Positions 20,098-30,343 are shown, numbered from the stretch's first letter. The stretch: 64,000 bases of DNA from an uncultured Verrucomicrobiae bacterium (GCA_963762565.1 CAVXLD010000001.1:1441129-1505128); one strand, 5' to 3'. The notes: a model not told the origin generated them from the sequence alone. Program-made: numbers and translations.

Positions 20098-20714
20098 CTG
20101 GCAAAGGCAGCGTGCGCGATAAAGAGTATTGCCAGCGCGATCAATCCAAAAATGATGAGAGGCAGCGTAAATGCTAAGCCCCTCTTAAACCACGTGACAA
20201 AACTCCCGTCGTCGGTCGGGTACTCCGCAAAATCAGACGTTCCCATTGGTTCGAGGACCTCGGCCTCCGACTCGGCATTTATTTTAGTAATCGACTTCGA
20301 ATATTCGGTCCTGGCATCGTCCACCGCGCTTAAGGCTTTGCTCAATTCGCGATGCAAGTCGCCATTGTTCCAGGCCTTTGGATTAATTCGCTCCAGCGTG
20401 TGCAGGTGCTGCGTGAAAGCAGTCGTCGAAGACCTAAGCTGCTCGACCCGCTTCTCGCTTTCGTAAGTCTGGCGTTCGATCACCACCAGGGACCGACTCA
20501 GTTTTTCGATCATCTCTGCGCGCCCTTTTTCCAGCTCGTCTTGCTTTCGGCTGAGCTCTTCCAGCTCGCGTTTCTGTCGCTCGATCGCTTCCTGCTGGCG
20601 TTTCAGTTGCAGGAGCTGTTCTTGGGCACGCTGAACCTTATCGTCTAGTTCATCCGGCGAGGGTGGGTCGCCGTTCGAGAGATCGAGGAACGGCTCTTTC
20701 GTACTTTCCGACAT
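20094..20714 (-). CDS. Hypothetical coiled-coil protein with C-terminal TM helix
   Basis: Long Q/E/K/R heptad-rich region and C-terminal TM. Confidence 0.8.
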   Translation of the reverse strand: MSESTKEPFLDLSNGDPPSPDELDDKVQRAQEQLLQLKRQQEAIERQKRELEELSRKQDELEKGRAEMIEKLSRSLVVIERQTYESEKRVEQLRSSTTAFTQHLHTLERINPKAWNNGDLHRELSKALSAVDDARTEYSKSITKINAESEAEVLEPMGTSDFAEYPTDDGSFVTWFKRGLAFTLPLIIFGLIALAILFIAHAAFAR

Positions 20715-20832
20715 CCCTGGACAATATCCGAGAAATCACCGTTCCGCGACCGGAAAACCTTCTGTCAAGAGTATAGAACAGAGTTTTCAAAGCGAGTGGA
20801 TGAGGTCTACGCGCATGGCCACACCGGGTCGC

Positions 20833-21049
20833 AATCGTTCTCGTCCTCGTCGTCGTCCTCGAATGGGTGTGGACCGCTTAGCGATGCGACTAGGGTCTGA
20901 GTCATATTAGTCCTATAGGTCCTATAGGTCCCATACGTCCTATACGTCCTATCCGTGCCATGCGCTCCATCGCGCCTCTGACCAAAGCGACCGCCACCAC
21001 CTGAAGACCCAAATCGAGGACGAGGACGACGACGAGAACGAGAACGATT
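20833..21049. repeat. Nested element: CTCGTC/GACGAG 6-mer inverted arms with an internal CCTATAGGT-type 9-mer array
   Basis: AATCGTTCTCGTCCTCGTCGTCGTCCTCGA ... TCGAGGACGAGGACGACGACGAGAACGAGAACGATT. Confidence 0.87.
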
Positions 21050-21060
21050 CCCCCTTCGCC

Positions 21061-22230
21061 CTAGCGTCCTGGTAACAACTGAAAAACAAATCCCTTCAGA
21101 TATTCGGTCTCTGGAAGATGGGGCAGGATCGGGTGATCGAGGGGTTGGGACAGCGATTTGATCCGGCGCAAGTGTCTTCTGGCGTCGACGCTGGCATCCA
21201 CGACAATATCCGAAAGGGCGGACTGACTGATATGGTGTGAACAGGAGAACGTCACCAACAGACCTTGTGGCGCCAGCAGCTGGATAGCTCGCAAATGAAT
21301 CTCTTTGTAGCCACGACGAGCCCCCTCTAAGGTTTCACGTGACCGGGTAAACGATGGCGGATCCAAGATGATCAAGTCATAGCTTTCCTGTCTAGCGACC
21401 TGCTCCGTTAAAAAATCGAAAACGTTCTTCGGATAAACGGTCAATGAGACATGATTCAGTCGCGCATTGGTTTCGATAGCCGCTGCCAGAGGTTCACTAA
21501 TCTCGACAGCTGTCACCGACTCCGCGCCGTTTTTAGCGCACGCAATGGCAAAGGCGCCTTGGTTGGCAAAACAATCCAGCACCCGTTTCCCGGACGCCAG
21601 CTGGGCCACCTCGTTATAGTTGTCGATCTGATCGAGATAAAACCCGGTCTTTTGCCCGCTCAAAAGCTCTAACTCAAAATCCATTCCGGCGATACTCATG
21701 GTCAGACGCGGTGGTGCTTCGCCTTTGAGGACGCCCGTTTTGAGTTCCATGCCCTCTGCTCGTCGCACCGGGGCATCGTTACGCTCGATGATTGAAGTAG
21801 GCGAAAACAGAGAATCGAGTGCCTGAACGACCAGTTCTTTCCGCTGATCCATGGCGACGGTCAAAGTCTGGATCACTAAATTACTGCCGTAGCGATCCAC
21901 AATCAGCCCGGGGAGCCCGTCACTCTCGCTCCACACCAATCGGCCAGGGTCGCGGTCGAGCGTCCATTGTTGGCGGAGCTCATGGGCCTGCCGGATACGT
22001 CGAACGAAAAAATCCAGATCAAGTTTTTCGCGACGCCGAGAGAATCGACGCGCCACGATCTGCGAATGTGGATTATAAATTGCGCTGCCCAACATTTGGT
22101 CGCGCCCATCCTTTAGAGAAACGACAGATCCTGCTTCTGGGTCACCAAATACCTTCAGCACCTCGGTGTTGAATACCCAATCATGCCCATGAAAAATGCG
22201 CGCCCGTGGCCGGACGACGATACCTGCCAT
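21061..22230 (-). CDS. RlmI-like class I SAM-dependent rRNA methyltransferase
   Basis: GHDWVF PUA-like start, ESDGLPGLIVDRY, GQKTGFYLDQ, ILDPPSF, TFSCS, ETEYLKG. Confidence 0.9.
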   Translation of the reverse strand: MAGIVVRPRARIFHGHDWVFNTEVLKVFGDPEAGSVVSLKDGRDQMLGSAIYNPHSQIVARRFSRRREKLDLDFFVRRIRQAHELRQQWTLDRDPGRLVWSESDGLPGLIVDRYGSNLVIQTLTVAMDQRKELVVQALDSLFSPTSIIERNDAPVRRAEGMELKTGVLKGEAPPRLTMSIAGMDFELELLSGQKTGFYLDQIDNYNEVAQLASGKRVLDCFANQGAFAIACAKNGAESVTAVEISEPLAAAIETNARLNHVSLTVYPKNVFDFLTEQVARQESYDLIILDPPSFTRSRETLEGARRGYKEIHLRAIQLLAPQGLLVTFSCSHHISQSALSDIVVDASVDARRHLRRIKSLSQPLDHPILPHLPETEYLKGFVFQLLPGR

Positions 22231-22287
22231 TGAATATGATCCGTGGGAATGCGTCGCTGCGCTAGCGGTTATCGCGACACAGGGCAC

Positions 22288-22519
22288 GGAGGGGAGCCGC
22301 TTTGTAGGTTGGCAGCTCTGCTGGTTGGCAGCAGGCGGCTCCCGCGAACGGCTGCACGGCTACGGGTTGATTCCTGACGGTTGGGATAAGAGAGGCCTAG
22401 GGTAAGAACATCACGCTGGATACTTCGCGGGAGCCGCCTGCTTTCACCTCTTCGAGTTGCACTCGCTTTGCGGAGAATGCCGACGGGCCATCGCATACGC
22501 CCCAAAGCGGCTCCCCTCC
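22288..22519. repeat. REPIN-like element, family D
   Basis: GGAGGGGAGCCGCTTTG ... CAAAGCGGCTCCCCTCC with internal GCGGCTCCC/GGGAGCCGC. Confidence 0.88.
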
Positions 22520-22578
22520 AGGCCGAGGGCGGCGCTCACTTCTTTGGCTCTTTTGCGGCTATCCCCCGATTCGAGAAC

Positions 22579-23778
22579 TTACGAGAACAACAACTCGTCC
22601 GCTGGCTCTATTACCCGCTGGAACTTGGGTTTCTCGGCCACCTCGGGATATTCGAATATCTTGCCCTCGTAATTGCGAATCACGACCTTATCCTGATCAT
22701 GGAACAAGACGTAATCGGGGTTAATCGGCACTTTGCCGCCGCCTCCGGGAGCATCGATAACAAATTGTGGGACCGCGTAGCCCGAGGTGTGTCCACGTAA
22801 CGACTCGATAATATCGATCCCTTTGGCCACCGAGGTCCGCAGATGCGAAGAACCGTGAATCAGGTCGCACTGATAGAGGTAATACGGGCGAACGCGGCAC
22901 TTTAACAGCTTCTGCACCAAGGTCCGCATGACCTCTGCATCATCATTAACCCCTCTCAAAAGAACGCTTTGGTTACCGAGCGGAACCCCATGGTCTGCCA
23001 ATTTTTCCAAAGCCGTTTTTACCTCGGTTGTCAATTCTCGGGGATGATTGACATGCACACTCATCCACAACGGATGAAACTGCTGCAGCATCCGGCAAAA
23101 CGCGTCCGTGATCCTCTGGGGAAGAAAAATCGGCACCCGGGTGCCGATCCGGAGAAACTCGATATGAGGAATCTCCCTGAGCCGGGTCAGGATGCCTTTC
23201 AGTTTATCATCGGAAAACAGCAAAGCATCTCCACCAGAAATAAGGACGTCGCGGACTTCGGTGTGTGAACGCAAGTAAGCATAGATTTCCTCGAAGTCGG
23301 TTTGCAGTTCTTGTTCACCAACTCCGCTGACCACGCGGCTGCGAGTGCAGTAGCGGCAATACGACGCGCATCGGTCAGTTACCAGAAAGAGCACCCGGTC
23401 CGGGTATCGGTGTACCAGGCCCGGAACCGGCATGTGGGAATCTTCGCCACACGGGTCCGCCACCTCCCAAGGGGCGCGGAAGGATTCTTCGATTCTGGGA
23501 ATTACTTGCCTTCGAATCGGGCATTCCGGGTCTTCCGGATCAATCAAATTGAAAAAGTGCGGAGTGACAGCAAAAGCTAATTTCTGCCCTGCCAGCAGCA
23601 CACCGGCACGCTCTTCTTTCGTGAGCCGGATTTTCGATTCGAGCGCTTCTAGAGTCGCCACTCGATTCTTGAGTTGCCACTTCCAGTCGTTCCAAAGCTC
23701 GGACGGAACATCTGGCCAGTAGCCGGGAGCGTGTGAGGTAAATTGCTGGTCGTTCGAAACTACAATGGATTCGGTCAT
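22579..23778 (-). CDS. kamA: KamA-family radical SAM lysine 2,3-aminomutase-like protein
   Basis: WNDWKWQL, HRYPDRVL, CASYCRYCTR, NQSVLLRGVND, DAPGGGGKVP. Confidence 0.88.
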   Translation of the reverse strand: MTESIVVSNDQQFTSHAPGYWPDVPSELWNDWKWQLKNRVATLEALESKIRLTKEERAGVLLAGQKLAFAVTPHFFNLIDPEDPECPIRRQVIPRIEESFRAPWEVADPCGEDSHMPVPGLVHRYPDRVLFLVTDRCASYCRYCTRSRVVSGVGEQELQTDFEEIYAYLRSHTEVRDVLISGGDALLFSDDKLKGILTRLREIPHIEFLRIGTRVPIFLPQRITDAFCRMLQQFHPLWMSVHVNHPRELTTEVKTALEKLADHGVPLGNQSVLLRGVNDDAEVMRTLVQKLLKCRVRPYYLYQCDLIHGSSHLRTSVAKGIDIIESLRGHTSGYAVPQFVIDAPGGGGKVPINPDYVLFHDQDKVVIRNYEGKIFEYPEVAEKPKFQRVIEPADELLFS

Positions 23779-23826
23779 TTCTTGACTAATTGGTACAAAT
23801 CTAAGGACCGCTGGGTTCTTGTCAAT

Positions 23827-24061
23827 TAGCCTGCGCCGCCGGGCAAATGGTCTGCATTTCCCCGGCGGCGCAGGCTATGTGATTTTTCGTCTATAAAAAA
23901 TCGATTTGCGTCAAAGCTCCGGATTGGCCTGGACAACGCAGGCTTGACCCCCTTGCTCCCGAGTTTATTAGCAGAGGATCAGCCGGCGATAGCCGGCTGA
24001 TCCTCTGCCCCAGCCAGCGCCGCTGACAAATGCTATTACGCATTTGTCAGCGGCGCTGGCT
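23827..24061. repeat. Three long hairpins in a divergent intergenic region
   Basis: 23827-23878, 23971-24008 (17-bp perfect stem), 24012-24061 (22-bp perfect stem). Confidence 0.85.
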
Positions 24062-24132
24062 AGTGCGATCGGTTCTACTGGCGCGCTGGATCAGCTCCGC
24101 ACTCTCGCTGTACACTACATGATTTTAGACAT

Positions 24133-25560
24133 ATGAACGTCGCTCGGGTTTTCACGGTGGGTTTCGCTATCGCGGGTCTCGGGTTGCTCCTCGATTCATC
24201 CGCCCTCTGTCAGGGCACTGGAAACAGCGCCCATGACCTGGTTCATCAGCTAAACGACGCGCTCGAGTCTGTCTATGACCACGTTGCTCCTACCGTCGTC
24301 GTGATCGACATCAGCAAGAACGCTAACCCGGGCAACGGCAACAACCCATTTGAGGGTTTCGATTTCTTCCATGGCCCGCAAGGTGATGAAGGGGGCGACC
24401 AACCCGACCAAAGTGAAGGGTCCGGGTTTATTGTACGTTCCGACGGTTACATACTAACCAACAACCACGTCATCGAAGGGGCCGATAAGATTCAGGTAAA
24501 GCTTAAAGACGGCCGGGTGTTACCGGCTCGGTTGATTGGAGCTGACGATAGGACGGATGTTGCCGTCATCAAGATCGATGGGACGAACCTGCCGGTGGTG
24601 GATGTCGGAGATAGCGATCAGGTCAAAGTAGGCCAACTGGTTTGTGCGATCGGCACTCCGTACAAGTTCGAATACACGTTCACCACCGGGGTGGTTAGCG
24701 CGAAAGGGCGCAATGAGCTCCTGGCCGACAAGTACGAAGACTACATTCAGACTGACGCGGCGATAAACCCGGGTAACAGCGGAGGTCCATTGTGTGATAT
24801 CGATGGCAAAGTGATCGGGATGAATACTCTGATCCACGGACTGAATCGAGGGCTCGGATTCGCGATCTCCAGCAACCTTTTCAAGCAGGTGAGCGATCAG
24901 CTCATTGCGACCGGAAAGATTGTCAGACCGTGGCTAGGCATCATCATTGAATCGCTGAACGGCGAAAACCGGGCGGACGTTTCAAAAGGCGTCGATAAAG
25001 GGGTTGTGATCCGAACCGTGCAGGCCAACACCCCTGCCGCCAAGAGTGATCTCCGGCCAGCCGACGTAATCACGGAGGTGGATGGAGTTGAGGTCGCGTC
25101 CGCGCGCGAGCTGCAACGAGAGATCCTGAAAAAGAAAGTAGGTGATCAGGTCAACCTTGGCATTTGGCGAAGCGGCAAACGTCTAGTAGTCGGTGTTCGG
25201 ACTGAGGAGCTGCCCGTCGAGCCAAAAAGTTTGGCGGGAGCTGAGCCAACTCCGACACAGGCGCCGGTGGCTAACACCAGTTTTGGTCTTCAGCTACAGG
25301 AATTGACACCGGATCTGAAACGCGATTTAGGGCTAAAAACCGATTCTGGATTGGTAGTGGTAGCAGTCGAGCCGAACAGCCCGGCAGCAATCGCCGATAT
25401 CCAGCCTGGCGATGTGATCACCGAGGTCGGAAAAACCCCGGTCTCATCGCTGGATACTCTGCAGAAGGCGCTTGGCGATCAAAAAAATAAAACCAATCTA
25501 TTGCTTTTGCTGGACCGCCGCGGAATAAAGACCTATTCTATCGTTAAATCTGGTAAATAA
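24133..25560 (+). CDS. Do/DegP-family periplasmic serine protease with two PDZ domains
   Basis: Signal peptide, GSGF, TNNHVI, IQTDAAINPGNSGGPL, two PDZ-like regions. Confidence 0.95.
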   Translation: MNVARVFTVGFAIAGLGLLLDSSALCQGTGNSAHDLVHQLNDALESVYDHVAPTVVVIDISKNANPGNGNNPFEGFDFFHGPQGDEGGDQPDQSEGSGFIVRSDGYILTNNHVIEGADKIQVKLKDGRVLPARLIGADDRTDVAVIKIDGTNLPVVDVGDSDQVKVGQLVCAIGTPYKFEYTFTTGVVSAKGRNELLADKYEDYIQTDAAINPGNSGGPLCDIDGKVIGMNTLIHGLNRGLGFAISSNLFKQVSDQLIATGKIVRPWLGIIIESLNGENRADVSKGVDKGVVIRTVQANTPAAKSDLRPADVITEVDGVEVASARELQREILKKKVGDQVNLGIWRSGKRLVVGVRTEELPVEPKSLAGAEPTPTQAPVANTSFGLQLQELTPDLKRDLGLKTDSGLVVVAVEPNSPAAIADIQPGDVITEVGKTPVSSLDTLQKALGDQKNKTNLLLLLDRRGIKTYSIVKSGK

Positions 25561-25590
25561 GTCGTACCCCCAGTTCTCTCTCCTTGTTGC

Positions 25591-25627
25591 GAAGGCCGAA
25601 GTTGCAAAACTTCGGCCTTCCGGCTTT
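25591..25627 (+). terminator. Probable terminator hairpin
   Basis: GAAGGCCGAAGTT-GCAA-AACTTCGGCCTTC about 30 nt after the stop codon; weak U tract. Confidence 0.55.
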
Positions 25628-25651
25628 ATAAGAACTCATTTTAAGAACTCA

Positions 25652-25750
25652 TTTTAACAGGAGGGAACAGAGCAAACAGAGGGAAGACTTGCCGCCATTG
25701 GCACGCGGGTCCTTATAAATCTCCGTTTCCTCTGTTATCTCCCGTTTAAA
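25652..25750. repeat. Inverted 9-mer repeat element (AACAGAG/CTCTGTT family)
   Basis: TTTTAACAGGAGGGAACAGAGCAAACAGAG ... CTCCGTTTCCTCTGTTATCTCCCGTTTAAAA; preceded by a tandem duplication of AAGAACTCATTTT. Confidence 0.75.
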
Positions 25751-25775
25751 ACTTCTGTTCCGGCAGTTACTCACT

Positions 25776-26441
25776 ATGCGAGACGGTACATCAGAACGGA
25801 CAAGACCTAAGTTGCGACGGTCGCGGATTAGCGAACTAGGTCGCTCCCAAAGATTGCGGATTATCCATCTGTTAAAGAAGACCAGAGGGTTGGCAGTCAC
25901 GGAAATAGCAAGTCGACTTGGCCTCAGCTACATGGGCGTTAAACAGCATTGCGCAGAATTGGAAAAGCAAGGCGTGGTGGATACCTGGCGCCGGCCCAAA
26001 CCAGTTGGACGTCCGGAGTTGGTCTATCGGTTGACACCAAAAGCAGGCGTATTCTTCCCGGCTGAAACGAACGTCAGCACCATCGAAATTTTGCACGCCG
26101 CTCGGCAGCTGTTTGGAGCAACTGCCTCTGACAAACTCCTGCTCGCGCTCTTCCGAAAGAAAGCAGAAAATTACGCGCGCAGTCTACGGGGCGATACTCC
26201 AGAAGCCAGGGCCGAAGCCTTAGCGCGCCTACGCGATGCGGAAGGCCATCTAGCCGAAGTGGTGAAAGGACCCGAGCTGATGATCCAGGAATACCATTCC
26301 CCGATTCTGGATCTCTTGGATGCTTTTCCATTGGTCAGGCGACTAGAAAAAGAAATGTTCGAGACTCTTCTCGGTGCTTCCGTTGAACGGCATGAAGAAC
26401 GCGCCTCAGGGCTTTATCTCTGTACGTTCCTGATCGGGTGA
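25776..26441 (+). CDS. Winged-HTH transcriptional regulator (SufR-like architecture)
   Basis: IASRLGLSYMGVKQH..LE..G, VGRPELVYRLT, FFP. Confidence 0.85.
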   Translation: MRDGTSERTRPKLRRSRISELGRSQRLRIIHLLKKTRGLAVTEIASRLGLSYMGVKQHCAELEKQGVVDTWRRPKPVGRPELVYRLTPKAGVFFPAETNVSTIEILHAARQLFGATASDKLLLALFRKKAENYARSLRGDTPEARAEALARLRDAEGHLAEVVKGPELMIQEYHSPILDLLDAFPLVRRLEKEMFETLLGASVERHEERASGLYLCTFLIG

Positions 26442-26455
26442 TAAGCAGCGAAAGG

Positions 26456-26679
26456 CCGGTAGGGCGAAAATCTCGGCGCGCCGGGCATGAGCTATTCATA
26501 CTGCATTTGTGCGCGCCGGATTTGAGCCGCGCCGTGCGTGTGCCATGTCGAGGGTTGAGACAGTAACCGAAAGCGATAACGCCCTAGGCGATGCGACGCG
26601 CACGCATGGCTCAAATCCGGCGCGGTTGAGCCAGCGAAGTGGCTGTGGTGGCCCCGCGCCGAGATTTTCGCCCTACCGG
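26456..26679. repeat. REPIN-like element, family B
   Basis: Perfect 25-bp IR CCGGTAGGGCGAAAATCTCGGCGCG; internal CGCGCCGGATTTGAGCC/GGCTCAAATCCGGCGCG. Confidence 0.9.
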
Positions 26680-26734
26680 GCGTTTTCGCCGGCGCGCCGT
26701 TTCGCCCATTCGCCCTTTTCGCCCTTTTCGCCCC

Positions 26735-27427
26735 TCACTCCGCTGCCGACGTTTGCTGATTCTCCCCCGCCAATGGTCCTCGGCGTTTGTAATAATCGTA
26801 CCTCGCCAGGATCGTCCTGACGTAGTGCGCGGTCGACGGAAAATCGATACTGTCTTCGAATGCCTCCGCACTGAGCGGCTGCTTATTTCGTTGTAAGGCG
26901 ACCCGAATCCAACGGTCGACTCGGCTTTTACCCGCGTTGTATTCGGCCAACGCAAAGGGGACCGGCTCCGTCTGCGAGTTCCATCGTTGTAACGCCTTGC
27001 TCAAGTACCAGCACCCGATTTCCAAGTTAACCTCAGGATTAAACAATTGATTCGGCTCAAAATTGGGAACCGCGTTCGACTTTGCCCACTCACGAGCGGC
27101 GATTTCCGAGACCTGCATGAGGCCCCTCTCATTGTTTCTGCCGACCATATCGGTTTGGAACTGGCTTTCTCGCCATACCACCGCTTTCACCAGACGCGGA
27201 TCTAACAGATGTTCGTTGGCGATCTGAGTTATCAAGCTATCGTACTGTTTGAAGTCGCTCCAATTCTTCAGCTCGCGAACTACATAGAGCGGGTCTTTGG
27301 TGCGCAGAACCAAGTATCCTACCGCCGCTACCGCCGATAAAAGCAGTACCAGGGCCAGTTTAATCAACCAACTAACCAGTAAGCTGGGTAGACGCCGGAT
27401 TTGACTTCGTTCTGACCTGGACGCCAT
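26735..27427 (-). CDS. Lytic transglycosylase (SLT domain) with N-terminal membrane anchor
   Basis: AVVWRESQF, GLMQV, NLEIGCWYL, AEYNAG. Confidence 0.93.
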   Translation of the reverse strand: MASRSERSQIRRLPSLLVSWLIKLALVLLLSAVAAVGYLVLRTKDPLYVVRELKNWSDFKQYDSLITQIANEHLLDPRLVKAVVWRESQFQTDMVGRNNERGLMQVSEIAAREWAKSNAVPNFEPNQLFNPEVNLEIGCWYLSKALQRWNSQTEPVPFALAEYNAGKSRVDRWIRVALQRNKQPLSAEAFEDSIDFPSTAHYVRTILARYDYYKRRGPLAGENQQTSAAE

Positions 27428-27440
27428 TGGTAAACAAACG

Positions 27441-29651
27441 ATGTCGCTCTATGCGCGGGTGGTCACGGATGACCCGACCAACAAAGAACTAGATTATCTC
27501 GTCCCACCACCATGGGAAAGCAAGGTCCATGTCGGCTCCCGGGTCAAGGTCCCTTTGCGTTCGAGAGACAGTTTGGCCACCGTCGTTGCGCTGGTCGATG
27601 AATCGACTGCGCCCGGGATCAAGAATGTTGCCGCCCTGGTTTCAGAAGAACCGGTTCTTGATCCCCGGATGCTAGAGCTTAGCCGCTGGATGGCGGAGTA
27701 TTACTGTTGTCCCCTGGACGCCGCGATCCGTTGCGCGCTACCTCAAGTGATCCGGTCCGGTACGTTCAAACGCGAGCGTTGGCTCTCGGTTAACCTGCCC
27801 GCAGCCAAGGACATTGTGGAACAACTCAAGGTGCGAGCCCCACGGCAGGCGGAAGTTCTTGAAGTAGCCTTACAATTCACTGGGCCGATCCGATGGGCTG
27901 AGCTACTCGAAGCCGCTGCTACCAGTGATCGCACCATCAAACAATTGGTAAATCAAGGCTGGCTGACCCTGCAGATGCTGAACGCCGAACGCGATCCGTC
28001 TCAAGGGGAGGAATATGCGTCCACCGCTCCCCTCCGGCTTAATCCCGGGCAACTCAGCATTCTGACGATGTTGAACGAAGCGATCGATCGCGGCAAAAGT
28101 AAACCGATTCTGCTTCACGGGATTACGGGCAGTGGCAAGACCGAGATCTACCTTCAAGCGATTCAGCACTGTCTCGACCTGGGGCGCGGCGCCTTGGTGT
28201 TAGTACCCGAGATCTCGCTGACTCCGCAAACGGTGGAACGGTTTAAATCGAGATTTCCTCGTGAGTTGATTGCGGTCTTACATAGCCACCTCTCAGCAGG
28301 TGAACGACACGACGAATGGCACCGGTTGCGAAGAAGCGCAGCGCGGGTCGCTATCGGCGCCCGCAGCGCGGTGTTTGCTCCCGTAAAAGACCTGGCCCTG
28401 ATCGTGGTGGATGAAGAACATGAGAACTCTTATAAGCAGGAGGAAACCCCGCGTTATCAGGCGAGGGACCTAGCGGTGGTACGCGGTCAGATTGAGGGGT
28501 GCGCGGTCTTGCTCGGCTCGGCCACACCCTCACTGGAAAGTTATCACAATGCTCGCACCGGAAAGTATGAGCTAGCTCGGTTAACCACTCGGGTGGACGA
28601 TCGGCAACTGCCTTTAATCCGGATAGTCGATCTCCGGCAAGAATTTGCTAAGAGTAAACATCCTTCGATCCTTTCCCGGCGTTTAACGCAGGCCATCGAA
28701 GATCGTCTGCAAAAAAGCGAACAAACGATCCTCTTTCTTAATCGGCGCGGATTCGCTTCTTCTCTGCTCTGCTCGAAATGCGGGTATGTGTGCGAATGTG
28801 CTAACTGCAGCATCCCCTTGACCTTTCATATGACTGAGAACCGCTTGAAATGCCATCTCTGCGGTTATCAAGCGGTCGCGCCAAAGAAATGTCCGGGCTG
28901 TGGCGACCCTGGTATTCGCTACAGCGGATATGGCACTGAGAAAGTCATCGAACTAGTGGAGAAAATCTTTCCCACGGCACGCGCCGTCCGCATGGATGCG
29001 GACTCTATGTCGCGAAAAGATGCTTATCGAAAGACCCTCAATTCCTTTCGTAGCGGCAAGATTGATATCCTGATCGGTACGCAGATGATCGCCAAAGGGC
29101 TGGATTTTCCCAAGGTGACGCTGGTGGGGATCATCAACGCCGATATTGGGCTCCATATCCCGGACTTCCGGGCGGGCGAACGCACCTTTCAATTGCTGAC
29201 GCAGGTAGCAGGCCGGGCCGGTCGAGGTGAGACCCCGGGAGAAGTCTTCGTACAGACGGCGACACCATTCAGCCCTTCGATCCAGTTCGCCCGGCACCAT
29301 GATTTCGACGGTTTTTGGGATCAAGAACGCGAATTCCGTGAACGCTGCGAATATCCCCCGTTTAATCATCTCGTTTTGCTCCAGATCAAATCTGAACACC
29401 AGAGATTAGCGGAATTCACAGCGGAGACGCTCCACCGCCGTTTGGGCGAGAAGATTGACTCATCGGTGACGCTTCACTCCGTCGTTCCCGCCCAAATCGA
29501 ACGGGTGAAAGGGTTTTATCGGTTCCAGATCTTGTTGCGTACCCGGGCTATCCTCCGGCTCTCACGAACGATCCGCGAAGTGATCGATAGCCTTTCGTTT
29601 CCAGATGATGTGCAGGTGAGTATCGATGTCGATCCGTACCAGCTGCTGTGA
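27441..29651 (+). CDS. priA: Primosomal protein N'
   Basis: LLHGITGSGKTEIY, VPEISLTPQ, DEEHENSYKQ, 4xCxxC, GTQMIAKGLDF, QVAGRAGR. Confidence 0.97.
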   Translation: MSLYARVVTDDPTNKELDYLVPPPWESKVHVGSRVKVPLRSRDSLATVVALVDESTAPGIKNVAALVSEEPVLDPRMLELSRWMAEYYCCPLDAAIRCALPQVIRSGTFKRERWLSVNLPAAKDIVEQLKVRAPRQAEVLEVALQFTGPIRWAELLEAAATSDRTIKQLVNQGWLTLQMLNAERDPSQGEEYASTAPLRLNPGQLSILTMLNEAIDRGKSKPILLHGITGSGKTEIYLQAIQHCLDLGRGALVLVPEISLTPQTVERFKSRFPRELIAVLHSHLSAGERHDEWHRLRRSAARVAIGARSAVFAPVKDLALIVVDEEHENSYKQEETPRYQARDLAVVRGQIEGCAVLLGSATPSLESYHNARTGKYELARLTTRVDDRQLPLIRIVDLRQEFAKSKHPSILSRRLTQAIEDRLQKSEQTILFLNRRGFASSLLCSKCGYVCECANCSIPLTFHMTENRLKCHLCGYQAVAPKKCPGCGDPGIRYSGYGTEKVIELVEKIFPTARAVRMDADSMSRKDAYRKTLNSFRSGKIDILIGTQMIAKGLDFPKVTLVGIINADIGLHIPDFRAGERTFQLLTQVAGRAGRGETPGEVFVQTATPFSPSIQFARHHDFDGFWDQEREFRERCEYPPFNHLVLLQIKSEHQRLAEFTAETLHRRLGEKIDSSVTLHSVVPAQIERVKGFYRFQILLRTRAILRLSRTIREVIDSLSFPDDVQVSIDVDPYQLL

Positions 29652-29654
29652 CAG

Positions 29655-29825
29655 AATAGCAAATAGCAGATCGCAAATAGCAAATGGGGCTTTTGAACTG
29701 CCCAGCGCTCGGTTCGCGGACAATTTGCTATCTGCTATTTGCTATTCAGTCCGGCTCTGACGGCAGCCTGGAGGGGAGCCGCTTTGTAGTGTGGCAGCTC
29801 TGTAGCTTGGCAGCAAGCGGCTCCC
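29655..29825. repeat. 7-mer inverted arms (TAGCAAA/TTTGCTA) followed by a single family-D REP
   Basis: AATAGCAAATAGCAGATCGCAAATAGCAAAT ... ATTTGCTATCTGCTATTTGCTATT; GGAGGGGAGCCGC...GCGGCTCCC at 29770-29825. Confidence 0.8.
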
Positions 29826-29845
29826 GGGAATGACCCAGGCTCTGG

Positions 29846-30160
29846 CTATTCCGGCCCCGGATCCAAAGACCTCAAATACTCGTATGAATAAATCCCGGAG
29901 CTATGGCCGTCAGCCCATACCGGTTGAAGTGCATAGCCACCGATTGGAGCGCACGATTTCAACACGAAACTGTCCGCAGACCAAGTTGGCGACCCTCCGT
30001 ATTGCCGTCCTAACAGATCTTTCTCTCCGGCGCAAACCGCGCATGGACACCTCCGGCGCAACTCATCCAGGCGAATGTAACTCTCCACGCCATCTTTCCA
30101 GCGGATGGCAAGTTCCTCACCGATGACTGCATACGATTCTAACGCCAAGGTGCTTCCCAT
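29846..30160 (-). CDS. DUF971 (GBBH N-terminal-like) protein
   Basis: LRRRCPCAVC, IGGYALQPVWADGHSSGIYSYEYL. Confidence 0.9.
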   Translation of the reverse strand: MGSTLALESYAVIGEELAIRWKDGVESYIRLDELRRRCPCAVCAGEKDLLGRQYGGSPTWSADSFVLKSCAPIGGYALQPVWADGHSSGIYSYEYLRSLDPGPE

Positions 30161-30309
30161 ATTTTACGATCGTCCTCGACTCCTCAGATAGAGCGAACAA
30201 GCAAAAGATGGCGTGTTACCGCCAATTTGTCATTTGTCATCTGTCATTTGTCATCCCCTTTGGCTATCGGCTATTGGCTATTGGCAATGCGGAGCTCGCG
30301 AAGCCCCGA

Positions 30310-30337
30310 TTGACGGCACGAAGGTTCCGGCTAACCT
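30310..30337 (+). promoter_or_regulatory. Candidate sigma70 promoter (leaderless-type spacing)
   Basis: TTGACG-16 nt-TAACCT, with 6 nt before ATG 30344. Confidence 0.45.
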
Positions 30338-30343
30338 GATCGA

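Noticed and set aside
22579..23778. EpmB (EF-P modification) assignment
   Set aside because: No efp or epmA adjacent, and the N-terminus looks KamA-like; substrate cannot be fixed from sequence alone.
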